Below, piece by piece: positions 1-13,299 of a stretch of 64,000 nt of DNA. The notes beneath the pieces were generated by a model that was not told the DNA's origin, did no database searches, and saw only the letters and a list, made by a program, of their open reading frames with translations. The translations under genes and the position numbers were made by a program. Source of the DNA: Marsupella aquatica (lineage: Eukaryota; Plantae; Marchantiophyta); the NCBI GenBank assembly GCA_973895155.1, contig OZ316896.1, positions 17,968,754 through 18,032,753 of the forward strand. The letters run 5' to 3'. Position 1 is the first letter of the stretch. Each line of letters starts with the position of its first letter.

Positions 1-3000
1 TGCCACTTCATTGCAAAGAGATTCAAGATGATCCCTGACGCTGTTCAAATCACCTATAGTAATAGGTACAAACTACCTTCTGACTCAAAATGAACTTCTA
101 TGACTCTGTTCTTGCGTTCCAGTTTGAGTTTTCCTTACTGTTCTGCCACCATGTACTCTTCACATCAGAGTAAGTTATTTGCAATATAGTGTGTGTTCTG
201 GCATCAAACTTCATTGAAACTATGTGATGTTGTTACTGTTCTGTCACCAAACATCACTGAAACTATGTGTGGTTATTACTGTTCTGGTTGCAGAATCCAT
301 TGCAACCTCAGAGGCGACATAGTGCATGGTTCTTGGGAGCATGAAATGGGGCCGCCATCATGGGGGCCAAAGTGTAGTGTTGCTCCATGGCTGACCAACG
401 AGTTGCAAAAACACCTAGAAGACTTGTTGAGGGCAAAGTGGTCTGTCCTTGACATATATGACCTACACTGCCAGTCACAATTTGAGAGGGATGGTGATGA
501 TCGTGGCCATAATGTCACTGACATGGAAGTCACACTAAGCTTTGATGGTAGAGACGACCTTTTGTCAAAACAGGACCTGCGAAACCTGAAGAGGAAAATT
601 GACAAAGAGTTGTGGTTATGGGATGACAATGACCAAGCCTCAATGCGGAAATGGAAATGCCTTTACCCTGAAAGAGTTTTTCTTTCCCATGAGTACTTGG
701 AGGGACCTCCAGAGCAGGAGTTCATGCTTGGACTCCAATCACCTTGGCAGCTTGCTCAAATGACAAAGTTGTCTCATGGGTCGGTCTTGGCCCTAGACTC
801 CACATTTGCAATTAACAAATATGGGGTCAGTTCTCTTGGTCCCTTTCCTACATTATCTTTTATTCATTTTTGTGATGTTATCGTGTGTTTGAATTACCGT
901 TCTGGTTGATTTCTATGTTGAATGACATTATTGTTTTGGTTTATTTTTGTATTGACTGACATTACTGTTCTGGCATGTAACCTTAATTACATTTGTTATG
1001 ATGACAGTTTCCTTTCTTTACTCTTGTTGCATTTGATGAACACCAAATGAGACTACCCATAGCATGGTGTATACAACAGTCAGAGTCAGCAGAACATATT
1101 GGGTCGTTTTTACAAGCTGTGAAAGACAGAGCCTTGTTGACCAAACCAGATTGGAGTCCAAGTTGTTTCATCATCGACTGCGCTCAGGCTGAAGTTAGTG
1201 CCTTACAAGCAGTGTTTCCTAACATCCCAATATACTTCTGTAGTTGGCATGTCAGAAGGTATGTTTGAAACCACATACCACGGACCATTCTCATGTTTAG
1301 TTAACATCATCACTTATAGAGTCTTTCTGTTATAGTTCTACCCATTTCACTCACAGGTTCTTCCATACAGGGCTTGGAAGGAGAATCTGATCAAGAAGGT
1401 TCCCAACAGAGCCAAGCTCCTAAACATGAATGATGATCTTGGAGATTTAATGTATGCTGAGACTGAGGAAGACATGCAAGCCTTGTGGCATGCCTTCAAA
1501 ATTAAATACAACTCTGAAAAGCTATTTCTGAAGTATTTTGAGGACACTTGGATGTGCAGAACAGGTATGTGGTTTGCTATTTGGGATACGCCTGGCCATT
1601 TTAGTAAATTCTTTGTTGTCAACATGTCCATTCAATGGTCTAAGGTTTTTGTATTGTATTTATATCTTGCCATGTATTTTATTTTTGCAATGTTTTTGTA
1701 GTTGTTCTATACTGCACAAGTTTGTGTGCCTTTGTAGCTGTTCTGTATTGCATAATATCCTGTGTCTTTGTAGTTGTGGAATACTTCAGAACTCCGCCTG
1801 GATCTCTGGTACTTAATGTTGTGGCATGTCTTATATTCCAGCAAAGTGGATGAGGGCTGTTTGATCAATGCCCCGTGCCAACCAGAATACAAATGGTGCA
1901 ATTGAAGCTTGGCATTGCACTTTGAAAAAGATGATAAGGAGAGTAATAGGGGCCATTGGAGCACGTCGCCTTGATCGGATTGTGAATGCACTTTTTCAAG
2001 TGATGCTTCCATTCTTTTGGTACCAAATTCGGTGCAAAGCAAGGGGAAGAGTCATCAACTACAAGAAAGAGGAAATAGTCTTGAATAGTCTCCACAAGGC
2101 AGAGCATCGAATGAAAGACCATCAGGTCTGTTTTCCTGATCCAACATTGCCCAATCAGGCAATTGTGAAAAGTTTAAAACCTCATGGGAGAGAGTATATT
2201 GTGCGCAATATATATTCAAACTTTCCTTCATGCTGTTGTAAGTGGGCTGATGAAGGGAACATGTGCAAGCACCAATTGAAGGCATTGCTAGTGAGAGGTT
2301 GTCAAGGTGCTGTCTTGGTTCAACAACTAGGTACCAGGTTTGGTAGCCTCATGGGTGGCATCTCACATTTGAATGCGGATGAGAACATCCTGACACCACC
2401 TGAACATGTAGAAGTAGAAGGCCAAGTCGAGCCTCATGCGGTTTGTGAAACAATGGAATCTAGTCTTCATGTTTTTGTTCTGCCTAAAGAGAACCCAAAG
2501 CGGTCCCTCAGACAATCTGTGCAACAGATGTTTGATGAGATTTTGCTCATTGTGGAAGGGGATGCCCGTCTAACAGAGCAAGTATTCCTGGCAACACAAC
2601 TTACTTTGAACAAAGTGAAGAGCCAAGAACAAACTAAACACCTCTCAATGAAAGACAATATAGGTCCTGTGGATGCTTTTGTCAGGCCTATGGGTCTTAC
2701 ATCCAAGCGACGTCTAGGTGTTGTGGACATTTACCACGGTGGGAAGAGAGGAAGGAGGACTATGGCTTTGAGGACAACACAAACAAGAGAACAAGCAGCT
2801 TCGTCTCAAATAATTACTAATATGGTAAGTTCTATATTTTTTTGTTTGTTCCAATTTTTGTTCTATCCTGTATGAAAAACCAAATAATTGAAGAGCGGTA
2901 ACTTAGCAACTTCTTGAATGGTAGGAGGAGGATGGCACAACACCATGTAAACTACCATCCAAGCGCAAAGTGGTTCGGGAATCTATCAGGCAGCATCTGA

Positions 3001-3167
3001 GTAGGTTAGGCAAGGAATTTAAGGACGGTAGGCGGCAACGTAGGACAGCAAATCAGTTCACTCCACCACTTCTTGCTCGTGTCATGCACCTTGGAGGTGG
3101 TGCTAGGGATGTGGACATAAACACCAATATTGACCTCAATGTATCCCTTCATGAGGAGGCTTCATGA
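1..3167 (+). pseudogene. Mutator-like (MULE) DDE transposase with C-terminal SWIM zinc finger; 5' end outside the window; one in-frame stop
   Basis: GT-AG exons <1-65, 294-825, 1008-1258, 1371-1564, 1842-2824 and 2925-3167 join in frame. MULE motifs: LDSTFAINKYG|FPFFTLVAFDEH (D1), FIIDCAQAE (D2), FCSWH (CxxH), TNGAIEAWH (E) and SWIM CCC-x7-MCKH. In-frame TGA at 1862-1864. Confidence 0.88.
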
Positions 3168-3394
3168 TAATGAAATTTGGTGCTCAGTGACCACACACCA
3201 CTGCTTATTAAGACCCTTTTAAAAGTAACTATAAGTTACCTAGCTATTGACTAAACTCATTGATCTTAGGCATACTTCACATCTTGTGTGTGCAAATAAG
3301 TGGACACTAGAATATTCACATAAATGCAAGTGTATTTCTCATTAGTTGAATGTGAGGAGGACAATGACCGTCAAAGTCTACAAAGAATTTTCAT

Positions 3395-3900
3395 ATGCCA
3401 GAACAATCACACAAACACGAGAAACAATCATGGATCACAAACGCGGGGCTGCCAGAACACTAAAACAAGTGCAACAGTACCCTTATACTTGCGCAAACAC
3501 GGGGTTGCCAAAAGAGTCACATGAAGATGATAGCCCTTATATCTGGGCAATCGCAGGGCTGCCAGAATAGTCACACAAACACAAAAACCCTTGTAGCTAG
3601 GCAAACACGAGGCTGCCAGAACAGTCACATGAAGATGGTAGCCTTATATCTGGGCAATCGCAGGGCTGCCAGAACAGTCACACGAACACAAAAACCTGTG
3701 TAGCTAGGAAAACACGGGGTTGCCAGAACAATCACACAAAGACGACAACCCTTATATCTGGGCAATTGCAGGGCTGCCAGAACAATCACACAAAGACGAC
3801 AACCCTTATATCTGGGCAATTGCAGGGCTGCCAGAACAGTCACACAAATGTATAAAATGTAGTGGTGCAAAAGAACAATTGCCAGAACAGTCACACAAAT
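3395..3900. repeat. Imperfect ~54-bp tandem repeat (core GGGCTGCCAGAACAGTCACAC), about 9 units, between the two convergent element genes
   Basis: Recurring GCCAGAACA(A/G)TCACA with two alternating subtypes, CCCTTATATCTGGGCAAT and TGTAGCTAGG. Confidence 0.9.
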
Positions 3901-4088
3901 TTGGCAATGTATCACGACAATTCATTGCAAGCTGGAGAGGAATGTACAAAGAGCAGAGTGCTTTCACACTATTTGGTTTCTTTTGATGTGTAAATAACTT
4001 CATTTGCTACTATATAGATACTTGCCACGAGGCAGGCATAGTTACATTGGACATGGTTCAACCATGACATTTCCATTGATGTCTATGT

Positions 4089-7000
4089 CTAGTGGGCTCT
4101 ATACTTCCCTGCCTGAACAGGCAAAGAATCCAATTCCAGGGGTGGGAATTTTTGGCAGTCAGTCATGGGTCCAATGGTCTCAACTGTGACATTCTTGTCT
4201 GACTGAAGCTGAAGGGCTCTAAGCTGAATTCTGGTGGTTGTTAACAAGTCCCAATGGCGAGGGGCAATGGGGATGCCATCTGGTCCAACCCAACAATATA
4301 GAGATGGCGGCCATGGATGAGCATTGTCAATTGCCGGAAAAGGTACCACTATCTTCCTGCAGAGCATAACAGAAAGTGTAATTAGCAAAGTCCTCTTGCC
4401 TACATCATACCTATATTCAGAGGGAGAGAATGGTTGGCAAGGCACTGTTACCTTGTGTGGTAAACCCATAGGAAAACTTGGAGTTGTGTGTAGGACTTCC
4501 GCCTCTTTGCGTGTAGTGGTAGCCAGACTTGTTTGCCATTTTTGGCTGATATATTGTAGCTTTCAATGAAGGGGATGACCTGCCCATCAATACCAACTAC
4601 AGAATTGGGCAAAGCAGGGACAACACGCAGTAAATTTTCTGCTGCATGGGTTAGTAGGAGGCCTAATCCAGCCTTCCACCTGATCATACCCCATGACTCT
4701 TCGGAACTTGGCGGTGTGATGGTCGGGAGCAATCCTACCAGAACAGTGACGAGAACAATAGTAAGTTGAATTCATTCCACAAATCCACAGAAAATGTAGT
4801 AAGTAAAAGTGAAACGACCATCAATCCTCCCTGAAGTCCTCTTATCTTACCTCCAATAGTGGCAAGAACCTTGAACTTCTCTGGGGTTTTTGTCCTTGAT
4901 CCCTTTTTCCTGGTTGTTGGCTTCTTCTTGAGCCTTTTTTTCTCTACGGAAGGAGTACCCTGCAACACAGAACAGTAATCCATAAAGAGTCAAAATTGCC
5001 TATCATGTATATGAACAGGAGCAAACAAAATTAAAATTGACAATGCCCCTAAATTTCAATGATATTGCAAGTCATAGCGACTGAACTGCAATTAACTTAG
5101 GGTGTTAGCACACTGAACTTACTACACATAACCAACTTACTACACATAAGAAATTGAATTGAAATAAAGAGTGTTACCAGACAAAATTGAAATAAATTGT
5201 ACAGTGCTAGCAAGTGCCCATACCTTAGTAGTAGACGGTACATTTGCGGCTTGTGTGTTTTCAATATCCTTTGAATGCTCTGTACTAGTGTGTACTCCAG
5301 AGGTTTCATTGCCTCCGTCTGGTTCTTGCTCTTTTGTGCCTCCACCTTCATTTTCGTAGGATTCTTGATCATCTGGGAATGTAGTTTCATTTTCAATGTA
5401 GTCTGCTTGTTCACTGGCTTGTTCGGAGCCTGATTCAGTGCCTTGGTCTCTTGCTTCGTTGCCTTCATGTTCAAAGGCGGATTCTTCATTGTTGGCTTGA
5501 TTTTTGGCATATTCGTTCTGCAGGACTTCTTGTTCTTCGTCATCACCAGTACCTGAGTGTTTCTCTCCTTCATGACTATCTTCATGTGAAGGCTCTGTTC
5601 CATGGCTGATAGTGTCGGGGTCTTCTTCCGTAGCTTCCAAGACTTCCTTGTCTGCCACTTCCTACCGACCAGAACAACAATAAAAACAAACAAGTATGAA
5701 TTGTCGGAAGGGAAAGCTTGCGAACCAAAACAAAAATAGAAACAAACAAGTATGAATTGTCGGAAGAGAAAGTTTGTGAACCAGAACAACAATAGAAACA
5801 AACAAGTATATGAATTTTCAAAAGAGAAAGCTTGCAAACCAGAACAGCAATAGAAACAAACAAGTGTGAATTTTCAAAAGAGAAAAGCTTGCAAACCAGA
5901 AGAACAATAAAAACAAACAAGTACAAATTGTCGAAAGAGAAAGCTTGTGAAATGGTACCTCAGCAACAACCATCTTCTTTTGTTTCTTCTTCTGGGTGGG
6001 TTTGTCATTGTTACGAGCTTCCCTTCTTTTTGCTCTTTCTTCTCGGTCAGATTGAACTTCTGCCTGCTGCTCCTTTGCATGCATTGCTTTTTTCTTGCTC
6101 TTGGATGTAGGCTTTGTTGGGGGGTTTTCTGTTTCACGAGATGGCTTCCCCTTAGCCTTCTGGTTCTGGTTCTTTTTTGGCTTCTGTATGGGTTTTTCTA
6201 TTACCCATACTTCTCAGTTTGAAAATTGGTTTGCTGCAAGTTGCATTCAGGCATTCCATCATCACTGCTCCAATCTTCGAGTTCACATTCCGGCAAACAG
6301 GCCTAACATGCAATCATTTGAAAATTCAGATCACAAGAAAGTTATGGCAGAACAGAGACACAAACAAACAATTAATCATGTATGAGGCAGAGCAATTTGG
6401 TAAGCGACAAACCTTAGCACGCATCTCCTCAGGATCAATGTCAGGACTATGCTTATTCCAAAATGCCAGTGTGTTGTCCCTAACACTAGACAATGTGCTT
6501 GTGAAGGCAGCCGATCGCCTCTAGTGTTGGTACCTTTCTGTTGCCTTCTGAACTATCCATTCGGTTTCATCCCCCTCATGGTTGATCATCAAATTATGTG
6601 CCCAGCGTAACCACCATGTCAACTTCTGCCTCTTTTGCTTCCACACCCGTCCACGAAATGACCCAAGTGTTGATTCTCTATTATGTTCAATCGCTGCTGT
6701 ACTTGGTGGATTCTTGAACATTTGCATGCCAGAACAGTGAACATGACACAAAACATCACATAAATGTTGTCATGGCAGAACAGTCACATATAATGCAAAT
6801 AAAGTTACACACCTTTGTCGGGCTGAGGTCTTCGGATGACCTTTCTTACATTCTCCTGGGTTCATGCGATGTAAGGATCGCATGTGATCCAGGAAGGAGG
6901 TTCTTCGGATGAAATGTGTACAACTATCATCAGTCATCACCTTGCAAACATAACCAGATCCTGAAGTTCTGAGAAAGGAAGGGTTTTTCTGCCGGACCCA

Positions 7001-8002
7001 ATGCACATTCTCTTGTGCCTCAGGAAATTGTGCCCATACTTCAGGTGGTGGGATAGGCAACTTGCTTTTCCTAGCCTGACTTGAAAATGACCGAGGCATG
7101 GTCACAACACTATAAAATTGTTGAGATCACACTCACTGCAGAATGAGCAACTTGCTGTCATAAATCCAGAACGGTAACACAAACAAAGAGTTTAGAGTTT
7201 AACTTTTATGGAAAATGATGATAACATGGCGCAAGTTGCAAGCTCAGTGGGGAACCTTCCGGCCCCGCTTCCGCCACAAAATCTAATCGAGAAGAGCATG
7301 GGGATGGTTGTCTCAAAGAAACACACCGTCATCGTCGTTGCAAGGGGCAATGTTGCGCCAATCTCTGCTTTCCAGCCGCACAATTGTCGAAACCCAAAAG
7401 AGCTGAAGTCTATGGCAAATTGAGGAAGTTACTGTCACAAAACCAGAACAGTAACACAAATAGAGAGTTTAGAGTTTAGGTTTATGAAGAACGATGATTG
7501 CATAGCGCAAGTTGCAAGCTCAAACAGGGGACCTTATGCCCCATGCCACAAAATAAGTCAGCATTGCATAAGAAACATAGACTGACAGACTTTCTCATCA
7601 AACACAGAGTCTCTGCAGGTGTCTGTCAAGCGTTCCCAAGGAATGATAGCTTGATTAAGAGTCCAAACAAGTGACAATGCGAAGAACTTCCCAAGAGGTG
7701 GGTCCTGAATCACGCCCCCAATCATGTCCATTGCAACTAGGGTACGTCACATCCAATAACTGTGTGGGATTGGTAGAACGACTACACAAACACCATTGTT
7801 CTAACACATTTTACATGGAAAGAGATGATGGAGGCAATCTGTCCCACGATCAATGCTCCTCAATAGTGATAGGGTCCACACATGCAAAAAGTGCACTGCA
7901 ACGTTGCCAGTAACCTGATCTTGATCTTCTCTTGCTTGGGGCAGAGGCGCCAAGTACAGAACGCTGAACACTACTGAGGTGCTTAGTGAAAGAAATTAGA
8001 AC
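4089..8002 (-). pseudogene. Decayed multi-exon accessory gene of the MULE element: C2H2-like finger, basic and acidic low-complexity segments, unknown C-terminal domain
   Basis: Phase-compatible exons 6302-5959, 5661-5224 and 4959-~4819, plus ~4735-4089 (frameshifted). The 6812-7105 segment encodes YVCKVMTDDSCTHFIRRTSFLDHMRSLH. An open frame at ~8002-7555 contains two stops. Frameshift near 6205. Confidence 0.6.
5666..5950. repeat. Intronic ~57-bp tandem repeat (AACCAGAACAACAATAGAAACAAACAAGTATGAATTGTCGGAAGAGAAAGCTTG), about 5 units
   Basis: Directly visible repeated units between exons of the minus-strand element gene. Confidence 0.9.
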
Positions 8003-8474
8003 CTAATATGGAAGACATTGTTAACATAATCCGTGGTGAAGAAAAAGTAAAAACATATATGCACAGTGGAAAAACACAATCTTAACTGAAAAGGCCAAAT
8101 CGCATTTGATAGTGCGCGTGGGAGACAAGAAACAAGAGCTCAAGACTCTGCAAACTTCGGGCAAAACGCTCGCGCGCGCTAGAAAATGATATGACGACAA
8201 AACGCACAACGCTGCACATCGAGTATTTCCAACAGCGGGACCACAATGATAACAACTGAGAATGAGAACATGTGACAAAAACAGAGGGGGACTGGAGGTC
8301 GGGTAAGTGTGTCCCGCGCCCTAAAGGCCGTGAAATTTGAAATGGACGGAAATTTTCCGTCCGTCGCCGATCGGGGCTAATACATTTCAAGTGTGCCAGA
8401 ACGGTGATTGACGGACGCGCGGGCTTGCGAGCAGCAGCATTGGGATTAGTGACGGGCAGGGTACGGGGCCCCAA

Positions 8475-8895
8475 TGTTGAGCATAGACGACGATCGCAAC
8501 GGCAAGCCCATGAACCATCCAACGCACAATAGTCGACACAAGAGATACGTGGTTCACCTCCTTGAGGCTACGTCCACGGGAACACACAAGAGAGCTTTAC
8601 TGAACTCTAAGCCCGTCGGCTATACCGAGTCTCCACAGTGTAAGCTCTCCCTATCTCTCAAGTGGCTCCATAACAATGAGCCTTGGTTCTACCTCTCCAA
8701 GCACACATGCCTCTTATGATATAGTGTGCAACTTAGTTGTACCTAACCACGTAGTTGTACCTAACCACGTAGTTGTACCTAACCACATAGTTGTACCTAA
8801 TCACGTAATTGTACCTAACCACGTAGTTGTACCAACCCACGTTGTTGTACCAACCATGTCATACCTAACCTAGACGTAAGAGTAAATACCCAACA
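8475..8895. mobile_element. Solo LTR of an LTR retrotransposon (421 bp)
   Basis: TGTTG...CAACA termini with a perfect 5-bp TSD CCCAA at 8470-8474 and 8896-8900; homologous to 30226-30568. Confidence 0.9.
8735..8870. repeat. 18-bp minisatellite (GTAGTTGTACCTAACCAC), about 7 units, inside the solo LTR
   Basis: Directly visible; produces the spurious VVPNHV repeat ORF. Confidence 0.92.
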
Positions 8896-11800
8896 CCCAA
8901 GAAGGCTGGGGAGCCTTAATGCGGTGTTGATTTAACCCGGTGTTCTAGAAGAGTGTCCTTGAGTCCTCAAATCTGGGAGGATCCGCTCGAGTTGGTCAAG
9001 GTATCTGCACATCAAAATATGACATGTACAATTGTACAATGTACAACTTCCCTCCAATAAACCTGTTATTTTCTTTAGACACCACTGGCTATATAAAACT
9101 AGAACCGCCCAACACTTGTGCCTTGTCCTCTCTACCGTGAGAATTTGCTCCACAATTTTAGTAAACAATACAAAAAATGGTGAAATATATGGAACCAGGT
9201 TTTTGTTATCACTAGTGGCTCTTTAAATCAATAAGTGCACGCCATATATTAACACATTTTGATGTGTGATTAAGGGCAGCGCCATCTAAGCAAGCCTCTT
9301 TGTTTGAAACTACTATCCTCAGTACCTTTTCTCCCCTTCTAATATATGGGACCACCTTCTGTTTGCTGCTGTCTTCTGTCCCTTGCTTATTATCTTTAAT
9401 TAGATCTTGGGGTTATCTATCTGATCCTTTGATCCTTCTCTTGGGCTCTTCTACTATGAGGCGACAAATTGGATCCTTCACTTGGGCTCTTGTACTATGC
9501 AGCGCCTCTTTGCCCCCCCCCCCCTACTTATGTGCTTCCTGTTGGCTGTTCCTGTATCTTAGTCACGCTAGATAGTTTTATCAACACTCTGGTCATTTGG
9601 CTCTACTGAAATCAGATATAAGCTTATTGGACCTCCAAATGCAAGTTTTTTTTAACCAACCAAACCATGCATATCTTGTCCTGGTGGACATCCAGGTCCA
9701 CTAAAGGTACAATTTCATGTCATGAATTTTAATAACACAATTTTCAATTTGTATAATGTGAGAAAGTCATTGCTGTGAAACATAGGAAGCACTAGAGTTG
9801 ATGAGTGGTTGACCATGTCGCCAAATCGGGCGCCAAATTTATGTCAGTGTCCTAAAACTAACAAGCGCAATGTGACGTGAATGGTTTAATTGCCTTGTGG
9901 CCGTAGCATGAAACAGAGTGTCGCAGTTAGAACTTGTATATTGACAAAAATGTACACACATAGTTAGAGGACTAGAGTTTAGGCATAGACGTGTAAATTC
10001 AGAATGAATATGTGCTTCTTGAACAGAATACATTATGCAAGATGTTTTTAGCCTAAGACCTGCCAAATTCTAAACATAAACTTGGATTGGCCCAATGATA
10101 TTTTATAGCTGCTCCTTCATTGTAGTTTGCACATCTTAAAGGGTAGCCATAGGAGGAACATGAGCAAAAACATGAGTTGGGAAAGCAAAAACAAGTGGCA
10201 CAAGAAAATGTTGAGAAATGAAGCTAAACTCAATGAGAACAAAATGAACAAGTTCCCAACAAGTTTCATAAAAGGAGTACACACCCGAGTACACATTTGA
10301 ATTTTAAAAATTGTTGACTTTTTTAAATATAATATTCACATTCTCTTCAAAAAGCAATGAGGTTGCGGATGCTGCAGTGCTTGCATGCTCAATGTGGCCA
10401 TAAACTCTTTCCTTAGTTTGTAGTAGTTTAATTCGGATACAACAGCCTGCCCAACCCGGCCCCACTCGGTGTAGCTTTAGTATCCAAATACTAAATTATT
10501 TATTATAAATTTTTGATTATAATTATTAGCTTGACAAGATTAAACATAACCTTCATTTGTTTGCGCCCCAAAATCACTCATCTCATTTTCAGAATGTGGG
10601 CGTCTTGACAACTTACTTGACACGATCATTGAGTTGTCAACTATTTTGTAACATAAATCTTACTTTTGAAATTGGCAGATGTACGTGTCAATGTAGTTGG
10701 AGTACTATTTCAAGGAATGTAGTTGGAGTACTTCAGATCTCCGCAGTTTAAGCTCAAAGCTTTCTAGCATGGTCTCTGGTGTCCAATCTATGACTTGACA
10801 AAGTTTGATACTTTTCTGAGATCCTTTGTTTCATTTCTGATGAGCAGGAAGGAGTGATGGCAGAAATCCTGCACATCTTCAGTTCACTCTATTAACATTC
10901 AGAAATTGCAGGCAAACTGGAAACCAGGTTGCATCAGTGTTCTTGAGTAATGGGAAGATATTTCAAGGTCATCAAGGTCATCCAGTACTCAAGCTACCAT
11001 GGAGATCAGTTTTGTGATGTAATTGAACCAGGCTGCAAATGGTAAGAACATTGTTAAAGGTCATATCAGTTGAAAGTGCAAACAATGCTATCTGAGTTAT
11101 TTTCAACATTCTGAGCAGGTCTATCCAAGCTTATCCAGTCCATTCAACCTTCACAAACAACCTGGAGGTCCATTGGGCTTGTATTATACTTGATGAAGAC
11201 TAACTCAGATTTTATGTAAAATGAATTTTGGCCTTTGTAGTGTCAAGAAGGACAAGTTTCAAAATGCCCAGGAGAGCTTCTGGTTGGTTCTCTTCCATAA
11301 AGTGTAAAAACATACAAACGGAATTAACAAATTTAATATTTCTCAGCTAGATAAAAGATTCAATCCAAAAAGGTATTTTTATTTTCAATAATTTCTGTTT
11401 TTCGATTCCCACCTTGATTAGTAAGTACAGTAGGTCTAGTCGGTTTAGAAGATTTTATGCAGATCTCAATATGGGCATCTCATTTTTCCTGACGAAATGC
11501 AAAAGATCCCAAGATTCTTCTCTGGGCCATGTGTTTTCTGTCCTGTACGTATATTAGGCCAGCTAGTTAAGTGGGGACGAAAGTAGGGCACTTGTCTCAG
11601 TGAACTTTGGCACAAGTAGGGCACTTGTCTCAGTGAGAACTTTGGCACAAGTGATTGGAATGCTGCAGCTAGGTCACCAACACTTCCATGGAGGTTTCTT
11701 TTGTGATGGAACACTGTGGACGGGGTCACTGGTAAAAATGTGCACTAACTCAGGCAGTCAGTGAATCTATGTTTACACCAAAAAACCAAAAATTGGATCA

Positions 11801-12162
11801 AGCAAATGCATCCCACCCTTTCATACAAGTATCAAGTGAACCTGGGTGATTGTTGTGACCCATTTCAAACCAAAAAACCCCTACTTGAGTATAATTTCCC
11901 CAAAAGTCTACTGTAGTTTCAGTCAGGGTTGCCAAGCAGTCTGGGTATTTGAATCAATATTTATTCATCTATAACATTGTATAACCGAGACACAGCCGCG
12001 TCCTGAGCTCTGTAACGATGCTGGGGAACAGGTCACCACAGCCCATGCAACTGTTTGGCATAGGAGGGCTGCAAAGCTGGCATAGGAGAGCTGAAAAGCA
12101 GTGTCCACCCTCTCAAAATTTAATGGTGGCCTTCAAGTTCTGGTGGGAGCCCGCATTCCCGG

Positions 12163-12744
12163 ATATATAGCATGTATGTTCATCTTGGAATATGCTTCAC
12201 CTTTTTTTTTTTAGTGAAATGCAGGTGAGCTAATTTTTTAGTGGCAAATATAAACAGGACATTAACTAGGAAGAGATAAAGTGTATGATATTGAAAAGTT
12301 GTGCACATAAGGTAGAAAAGTAAAAATACTCATGTAAAGAAAAATAATAATGAACAGAAAAATTTTAAATCTATGGTATTGGGTTGTGCACATATTGTAC
12401 ACCAGTAGAGATATTTATGTACTTACCTTAGGTAATGACATTCAAATGAATTAAAACATAAATTTAGGACACAAAATCATTAGTAGAACTTAAACACAAA
12501 AGGAGTGCACTTTATTTAGATCATTTTTTCTTCACTCATGAGAATAAGGGCTAAATTCCGTGAGCTTTGTTAAAGGGTGGATGGTCTTAAATATAACAAA
12601 GATTAAAAAATTAAAAAATTTAGAGGGGTGCCAGAAATAAATTCAAAATCTAAACTATACGAGAGATACACCTTGGTAAGACATATTGAATTAAAAACAC
12701 ATAAGAAAAAGTTTGAATAAGACAAAAGATTCACCATATAGCAG
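12163..12744 (+). repeat. AT-rich dispersed repeat, copy A (inverted copy at 43732-44302)
   Basis: Long matching blocks to the reverse complement of 43732-44302, e.g. TAGAGATATTTATGTACTTACCTTAGGTAATGACA and CTTCACTCATGAGAATAAGGGCT. Confidence 0.85.
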
Positions 12745-13299
12745 TTTCATATCCAGTGTTCCCACTAAAGCTTGCTGTTTTCCAAACCTGACCGGATTTT
12801 GACATGCCCTACAGACTTGGCATGGAGCTAACTCAAACCAAGGAAGAAGCCAGTAAGCTAAGGTACAGACCTCTATGATTATGTTACCCCTATAGCCTAT
12901 TCTACGAGTGTGGGTAAAAAATATCTTGACCCATTGATTTTTCTAGTATAGTCCATTCAAGTTAAATATCTGTTTTTGGCATATTGATAGAATAGTAATG
13001 CCAAATATGCTTCCAGTGTCTGATTAAGATGTCCCTCAGTATGTTTGGACAGGATGCAGGCAGAAGATTATTGGTACTTTGCGCCAATGCAGGCACTCCC
13101 ATGAAAGCTACATTAGGGCCGCCCTACCTCTACAATGGGCCAAAAAGACATTGATCCTGTTTTGACTTGTCTGTCCATTAGCTAAGCCCACGCAGGGTTA
13201 GCAAACAAGACACGCCTTGGAAATGTTTGCCTAGGCTTAAATTTGACACCTCTAAAAGTAGTGCTGGTACATCTCCCTAATATGTGCATGCATTGTCCA

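Larger units (their letters stand above)
1..8960. mobile_element. Right part of a two-gene MULE/Mutator-like element; right boundary approximate
   Basis: Transposase plus a convergent second gene (MuDR-like layout). A CCAGAAC(A/G)GT motif is shared across the whole span. A GC-rich terminal-like segment at 8285-8960 is interrupted by a solo LTR. The left TIR is not in the window, so the end cannot be confirmed. Confidence 0.6.

Noticed and set aside
3395-3900. Repeat array as a possible CRISPR
   Set aside because: The intervening sequences are themselves repeated rather than unique spacers; eukaryotic context with no cas genes.
8676-8873. VVPNHV repeat ORF
   Set aside because: Translation of the 18-bp minisatellite inside a solo LTR.
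10740-11300. Possible transposase relic
   Set aside because: Many stops in the frame examined, no long ORF in the track, and no identifiable motif.
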